Shown here: one piece after another, positions 46,732 to 51,802 of the stretch
How the letters are laid out: each line of letters opens with the position of its first letter
Numbering within the stretch: position 1 is the first letter of the stretch
NCBI GenBank assembly: GCA_036390195.1
Contig: DASWCI010000425.1
Coordinates: 1-51,802, forward strand
Source: Gemmatimonadaceae bacterium
Lineage (GTDB): Bacteria > Gemmatimonadota > Gemmatimonadetes > Gemmatimonadales > Gemmatimonadaceae
Length of the DNA stretch: 51,802 bases
Direction of reading: 5' to 3'
Notes under the pieces: generated by a model
What the model was told of the DNA's origin: nothing
Seen by the model: only the letters and a program-made list of their open reading frames with translations
The model's database searches: none
Program-made: the position numbers and the translations under genes

Positions 46732-47027
46732 CTCCCTCTACCTCTCAGTCCGCCCGCGTAGAGCGACAGCCAGTCTGGCCAGTTGCCACTCAGCTCAAAA
46801 AACTCGTCGAAATAAATCAGACCACTTGCTTCTAGATCCTCAACCAGCTCTGGGAGTATATCATCTGACGGAAGCGGCCCGAGCGCAATTAGTCCATCCT
46901 CGACCCGGAATTCTTCATCGGTGAGATTGTATCGCTCATCAATAGCTTTTCTGGTCAGCCCCCTACGCTCGAATGCGGTCTGGCGGATTAGAACTATCAC
47001 ACGATCGTGGGGCAGCTCAAGAGACAT
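46728..47027 (-). CDS. Hypothetical 99-aa protein
   Basis: Acidic globular ORF filling the gap (GLIYFDEFFELSGNWPDWL). Confidence 0.7.
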   Translation of the reverse strand: MSLELPHDRVIVLIRQTAFERRGLTRKAIDERYNLTDEEFRVEDGLIALGPLPSDDILPELVEDLEASGLIYFDEFFELSGNWPDWLSLYAGGLRGRGS

Positions 47028-47083
47028 GAATTAGGTTCGATAAGAGACTAACTAAGCGACACCCTTCGCCTTATCTTAAATGT

Positions 47084-49015
47084 ATGACGGGACCGCAGGA
47101 CTTTGAAACCGAATTCGATGTTGTCGTCATAGGCGCTGGCCACGCAGGAACTGAGGCGGCGGTTGCTGCCGCGCGTCTTGGTGCCCAAGTGGGCTTGATC
47201 ACCAGTGCTCTCGAAACGATCGGGCAGATGTCCTGCAATCCAGCGATCGGGGGAGTTGCGAAGGGAACCGTAGTTCGCGAAGTCGATGCCCTGGGCGGAA
47301 TCATGGCAAGGGCAACCGATCTGGCGATGATCCAGTTCCGAATGCTGAACCGCAGCAAGGGGCCAGCTGTCTGGGCACCGCGCGCACAATGCGATCGCGG
47401 ACTTTACCGCCGGGCGGTTAGATCGCTTCTCGAAACCCAGGCAAATCTGCAAACCGTGCAGGGAACTGTTGCCCGGCTTGTCCTCTCGACCGATGAGCGA
47501 CGAGTGCTTGGCGTGGAGACCCTCGAAGGCAGAAGTTTCGGGGCAAAAAGCGTCGTGATCACTACAGGCACCTTTCTGCGCGGGCGAATCCATATCGGTA
47601 CCGAGACTCGCATGTCCGGTGGACGAGCCGGCGAAACCGCGACTACACACCTCGCCGAGCAACTCGAGCAAGCGGGTCTAACCGTAGCTCGCTTCAAGAC
47701 AGGAACGCCACCACGCATTGATGGTCGCTCCGTCGATTATTCAGCGTTGGAGATCCAGCAGAGCGAGATCGAACAGTTCGATTATTCGTGGTCGCACTTT
47801 TGGAGCGAGAAGCGTCGGACTAGTTCTACTACACGGCATCCAATTCAACTGCCCTGCTGGATCACGTATCTCGACGCTGAAGGCAAGAGAATCATCAAGG
47901 AAAACATCGGGAAGTCGGCGATGTACGGCGGCGCGATCTCGTCTCGTGGGCCACGCTACTGCCCCTCAGTCGAAGACAAGATCGTAAAGTTTCCTGATGC
48001 GGAGCGGCACCAGCTGTTCCTCGAACCAGAGGGACACGATACATCGGAGCTCTACGTCAACGGCTTGTCTACTTCGCTCCCGGCCGAAGTGCAGCTCGAG
48101 GTTCTGCGCTCCGTTCGCGGGCTCGCTCAAGTCAGAATGAATCGAGCAGGTTACGCGATCGAATACGACTATTATCCGCCAACTCAGCTCGATCCTTCGC
48201 TGCAGGTCAAGGGAATGCCGGGTCTATTCTTCGCCGGACAGATCAATGGTACTACCGGCTACGAGGAAGCTGCAGGCCAAGGTGTAGTTGCCGGAATGAA
48301 CGCTGCACTCTCACTGCAGCGGAAACAGCCTGTCGTGCTCGGCCGAGAAACATCGTACATCGGGGTCCTGATCGACGATCTCGTCACACGCGGAGTAGAC
48401 GAACCTTACCGGCTTTTTACGTCGCGATCTGAGTTCAGACTCACAGTGCGCCAGGATAACGCGCTCAGGCGCCTCGGTCCTACCGGCATGCGACTTGGCA
48501 TTTACTCAGAGACGGAAGAAGCAGCGATTAAGACGCGCCTCGAGCAGGAAGACTCCGCACTCCGTCTGGCTGATACGACCAGCATTCGCCCTGATCAGGC
48601 TGCGCCTGTTCTTTCGGCTGTCGGTAGTGCCCCGCTTTCGCATTCGGCAAGAATAGCCGAAGTAGCAAAGCGTCAGGACATTCTACTCGAAAAACTTTTC
48701 CAGGCAGTGGGATTAGCAGCAGATTTCAGCGCGGAGGCGCTGGTCACAGCAGATCTCGAAATCAAGTACGCGGGCTATTTCGAGCGCGAGAGAGCACAGG
48801 CCGAGCGGATGCGACGGATGGGCGACTTTTCTCTGGATCCCGAACTCGAATACAGCGACATGCGCTCACTGTCGTTCGAGGCACGCCAGAAACTCGCCAG
48901 TCTGCAGCCTCGTTCACTCGCCCAAGCTTCACGAATTCCGGGTGTGAGTCCCAGTGATTTGCAGAATCTCGTTATCGAGGTCGAGCGTCGTCGCCGCTTG
49001 GCAGCTACGCGGTGA
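47084..49015 (+). CDS. mnmG: tRNA uridine-5-carboxymethylaminomethyl modification enzyme MnmG (GidA)
   Basis: VIGAGHAG, MSCNPAIGG, RFKTGTPPR, GPRYCPSVEDK, GYAIEYDY, FAGQINGTTGYEEAAGQG, EPYRLFTSRSEFRL. Confidence 0.99.
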   Translation: MTGPQDFETEFDVVVIGAGHAGTEAAVAAARLGAQVGLITSALETIGQMSCNPAIGGVAKGTVVREVDALGGIMARATDLAMIQFRMLNRSKGPAVWAPRAQCDRGLYRRAVRSLLETQANLQTVQGTVARLVLSTDERRVLGVETLEGRSFGAKSVVITTGTFLRGRIHIGTETRMSGGRAGETATTHLAEQLEQAGLTVARFKTGTPPRIDGRSVDYSALEIQQSEIEQFDYSWSHFWSEKRRTSSTTRHPIQLPCWITYLDAEGKRIIKENIGKSAMYGGAISSRGPRYCPSVEDKIVKFPDAERHQLFLEPEGHDTSELYVNGLSTSLPAEVQLEVLRSVRGLAQVRMNRAGYAIEYDYYPPTQLDPSLQVKGMPGLFFAGQINGTTGYEEAAGQGVVAGMNAALSLQRKQPVVLGRETSYIGVLIDDLVTRGVDEPYRLFTSRSEFRLTVRQDNALRRLGPTGMRLGIYSETEEAAIKTRLEQEDSALRLADTTSIRPDQAAPVLSAVGSAPLSHSARIAEVAKRQDILLEKLFQAVGLAADFSAEALVTADLEIKYAGYFERERAQAERMRRMGDFSLDPELEYSDMRSLSFEARQKLASLQPRSLAQASRIPGVSPSDLQNLVIEVERRRRLAATR

Positions 49016-49898
49016 GTGTGAGCTGAGTCGAGCTCCACTCAATCAACAAGACTGCTGCAGCAATGAGAACACCGCCGATCAGCGTTGCCGCGCTGAACTG
49101 ATTCCCGAGGACCAGCACGGCGAGCATCGCAGTGAAGAAGGGCTCGACAGTCGCAATGATCGCCGTTCTCACTGGTCCCAGTACCGACAGGCCTTTGATA
49201 AGGGATGAGAATGCAATCACGGTTGATACGAACGCCAGCAAAAGAATATTCATCCAGACTGGAATTGACCGGGGAATAAATAGTTCACTCGCGAACAGCG
49301 TTGCGATCACGAACGAGATTGCCGCTCCGGTTATCAGCAGAATCGTGGCAAGAAGTGCAGGCACGCCTTCCTGCACCTGGCCGAGCACCGGCAAATACGC
49401 CGAGTAGAGCAAGGCAGAAGCGAGCGCCAGAATTACACCAATCGGATTAAGCTTCCCTGTCGGTGCACCGACCATAATAGTCACACCGGCGAGAGCCAGC
49501 ACAAGCGCGATAATGCGCGCGGGCGTTAATCGTTCCGTTCTTCGTATTGCCGCCAACAGTGCAACCCACGCTGGATAAGTGTAAAACAAGAAAGCCAGCG
49601 GCCCGACGGATATGTACTCGAGCGCGTGAAGACTCAAGTAGGTAATCAGCGCCTGACCGAATCCGCCTATCAACATCAGCTGAACGATTCGCTGTCTGCC
49701 AATCGTGCGTAATTGGGCCGCACTCACACTGGCACCGAGAAGTACTACGGCCAACACATATCGCCAGGCCATCGCCGTCAAGAGAGGAGTACCGGCACGT
49801 GTTGTCAAAACAGTCAGCACGGAAATGGATCCGAAGCTGAACGCCGATACAATGATCATCATCGTGGCACGTCCGACCGAAGCTTCTGGCGATTTCAT
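49005..49898 (-). CDS. DMT/EamA-family transporter
   Basis: About ten hydrophobic helices, LFYTYP, ATVEPF. Confidence 0.9.
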   Translation of the reverse strand: MKSPEASVGRATMMIIVSAFSFGSISVLTVLTTRAGTPLLTAMAWRYVLAVVLLGASVSAAQLRTIGRQRIVQLMLIGGFGQALITYLSLHALEYISVGPLAFLFYTYPAWVALLAAIRRTERLTPARIIALVLALAGVTIMVGAPTGKLNPIGVILALASALLYSAYLPVLGQVQEGVPALLATILLITGAAISFVIATLFASELFIPRSIPVWMNILLLAFVSTVIAFSSLIKGLSVLGPVRTAIIATVEPFFTAMLAVLVLGNQFSAATLIGGVLIAAAVLLIEWSSTQLTLTA

Positions 49899-49975
49899 CG
49901 CGCGAATGTAGCGCTAGCCAATATTCAAGGCCACATTTCGACGTTAACCTTCGCTCAGTATCAGCCGCAGATCGA

Positions 49976-50959
49976 ATGACCTCGTCGACAGTTGTGCAGC
50001 CCTCTACGTCCGCTACGTCAGCGGCACAGGAAGAATTTCGGGACCTTGGCTTTGGTACTGAGGTCGCGAGAGGCACGCGCCGGCGGCTGCTGAATCGCGA
50101 TGGAAGCTTCAATGTAGTTCGCGATGCGCTCGATCCACTTTCGTCGCTTAGTCTCTATCACTGGCTGCTGACGATCTCGTGGCCGAGGTTTCTCGCTTTT
50201 ATTACCGGCTCCTACATCATCGTCAACATCTTCTTCGCTTTTGCATTTCTGCTGTTGGGCCCGGATGCGCTTCAATCGAGTACAGGGAATTTCGCGGCAA
50301 ACCCATTTTACAGAGCTTTTTTTTTCAGCGTCGACACGTTCGCGACAATCGGTTACGGCAACATTATCCCTGTCGGCGTTGCTGCGAACACATTGGTTAC
50401 GATCGAGGCTTTGCTCAACATCGTCGGAGTCGCGCTTGCCACCGGAGTGATTTTTGCCCGATTCTCACGACCCTCGGCAAGAATTATCTATAGCCGCAAC
50501 GCCATTGTCGCACCCTACCGCGACAAGACTGCGTTGGAGTTCAGAATCGCCAACGCGAGAAGCAGTCAACTGATCGAGGTACAGGTCCAGGCGATTCTGA
50601 CCAAGCTCGAACAGGTTGGGGACTTAACGGTGCGCAAATTCTATGACCTGAGCCTGGAACGAAATCGCGTGGTGTTTTTCCCACTGAGCTGGACGGTGGT
50701 GCATCCAATTGATGCGAGCAGTCCGATGTGGGGTCTGACACATGCGGATCTCCTGAAGGCTGAGGCCGAGCTATTGGTTCTTCTTATCGGAACCGACGAA
50801 ACTGTCTCCCAGAGCGTGCATTCGAGGTCTTCGTATCAAGCGAGCGAGATCGTCTGGGACGCAAAATTCTCGAATATGTTCATGCGGACGGAGGCTGAAG
50901 GAATCATCGGAATGAATCTCAGCCGAATCCACGAGATTGAACCTGTACGTTCGACATGA
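49976..50959 (+). CDS. Inward-rectifier potassium channel (KirBac)
   Basis: FFFSVDTFATIGYG selectivity filter, FARFSRP, FRIANAR, WTVVHPID..SP. Confidence 0.95.
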   Translation: MTSSTVVQPSTSATSAAQEEFRDLGFGTEVARGTRRRLLNRDGSFNVVRDALDPLSSLSLYHWLLTISWPRFLAFITGSYIIVNIFFAFAFLLLGPDALQSSTGNFAANPFYRAFFFSVDTFATIGYGNIIPVGVAANTLVTIEALLNIVGVALATGVIFARFSRPSARIIYSRNAIVAPYRDKTALEFRIANARSSQLIEVQVQAILTKLEQVGDLTVRKFYDLSLERNRVVFFPLSWTVVHPIDASSPMWGLTHADLLKAEAELLVLLIGTDETVSQSVHSRSSYQASEIVWDAKFSNMFMRTEAEGIIGMNLSRIHEIEPVRST

Positions 50960-51023
50960 CTCAACTTGTGCAAGTGACCGCACTTTGAACGTCTCTCCTC
51001 CAGTACTCACCTAGCGGGAGCTT

Positions 51024-51746
51024 ATGAAAACCCAAATTTGGTTGGTCGTGGCTATTTTAGGGCCACTAACCGCACAGGCACAAGACAGTCCGGCGCCAAT
51101 TCCCGGCATTCCACAGATTGCAGTTACCGGACGTGGCGAGGTCAAAGTCTCTCCAGACAGAGCGACTATTCAGGTAAGCGTCCAAACGCGCGCCGCTACT
51201 GCCGCTGCAGCCGCCACAGAAAACGCCACTAAGCAACAATCGGTTTTGTCAGCACTCCGGGCGCTGGGTTTGGGAAACGACCAGCTTTCCACAATCAATT
51301 ACAACGTCTATCCCGAGCAGCGTTATGAACAAGGCAAGGAGCCAACGATCATTGCCTACAACGTGACGAACACGATTCTCGTCGATGTCCGGAAGTTGAG
51401 TCAGGTTGGTCCAGTGATCGACGCCGCGTTGTCTCACGGAGCGAACATGATTACCTCGCTTCAGTTTTACGCCTCGAATACCGAGGTCGCCCGGCGAGGT
51501 GCAATCGCCACCGCGATAGAAAAGGCTCGCGCGGATGCTGAGGCCGCGGCACGCGCTGCTCATGGGTCGCTTGGCACTCTTCTCGAGATCAGCATCGGCC
51601 CTTACTCGCCTCCGCCTCCGCGGCCAATGATGATGGCTCGCGGAGCTGTACTCGACACCGCTCAACTCCAAACTCCAATCAATCCCGGTGAAGAGACACT
51701 TTCAGTTGAAGTCAGCACGCGATGGCGGTTTATTCCCGGGCAGTAG
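51024..51746 (+). CDS. SIMPL (DUF541) domain exported protein
   Basis: Signal peptide, IAVTGRGEVKVSPD.A, YNVYP.Y, GPVIDAALSHGAN, ARADAE..A, INPGE. Confidence 0.9.
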   Translation: MKTQIWLVVAILGPLTAQAQDSPAPIPGIPQIAVTGRGEVKVSPDRATIQVSVQTRAATAAAAATENATKQQSVLSALRALGLGNDQLSTINYNVYPEQRYEQGKEPTIIAYNVTNTILVDVRKLSQVGPVIDAALSHGANMITSLQFYASNTEVARRGAIATAIEKARADAEAAARAAHGSLGTLLEISIGPYSPPPPRPMMMARGAVLDTAQLQTPINPGEETLSVEVSTRWRFIPGQ

Positions 51747-51749
51747 GCG

Positions 51750-51765
51750 ATTTCCACGTGGAACG
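51750..51765. other. parS-like centromere site 1
   Basis: ATTTCCACGTGGAACG versus parS consensus TGTTNCACGTGAAACA. Confidence 0.75.
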
Positions 51766-51776
51766 TCATAAAAGGA

Positions 51777-51792
51777 GGTTCCACGTGGAAAC
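51777..51792. other. parS-like centromere site 2
   Basis: GGTTCCACGTGGAAAC, flanked by GGAGG...CCTCC. Confidence 0.75.
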
Positions 51793-51802
51793 GCCTCCCC
51801 GC

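Noticed and set aside
47028-47083. oriC next to mnmG
   Set aside because: Only 56 bp, no TTATCCACA-type DnaA boxes; dnaA, rsmG and parAB are not in the window
1-51802. CRISPR array, rRNA/tRNA, transposase, integrase, prophage or defence island
   Set aside because: No regularly spaced repeats, no recognisable RNA genes or mobile-element proteins; all intergenic gaps are about 200 bp or less

Overview
Gene-dense, GC-rich core-chromosome window with about 50 CDS. I found no rRNA, tRNA, CRISPR array, transposase, integrase or prophage gene. Gene content and style suggest Gemmatimonadota (inference, not tested). Recognisable blocks: DUF3175-like fragment, cold-shock gene and Ku-LigD NHEJ pair; NrtR-like regulator; desaturase-yggX-nagZ run; several peptidases (M1, M28, M16 pair); divergent arg cluster (argCBD / argR-argG-argH) with tandem ARG boxes; second csp; ispG; Wzc-like/msrC/HD-hydrolase operon; blue-copper lipoprotein with a perfect Rex/CRP-type operator; hisA; murB; a tightly coupled serA-FAD oxidase-serB-class V aminotransferase-ABC-F operon; mnmG; a Kir channel; a SIMPL protein; and two parS-like palindromes at the right end, implying origin proximity. 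No unmistakable large novel system is visible. The best candidates for undescribed biology are: (i) a degenerate NrtR-like regulator plus a 102-aa orphan with a beta-clamp-type QMELPL motif, each behind its own palindrome and abutting ligD; (ii) a 118-aa protamine-like Arg/Ser/Lys protein; (iii) a serine operon with an embedded putative D-2-hydroxyacid oxidase; (iv) an orphan Wzc pseudokinase. All assignments come from motif recognition by eye; no searches were run.
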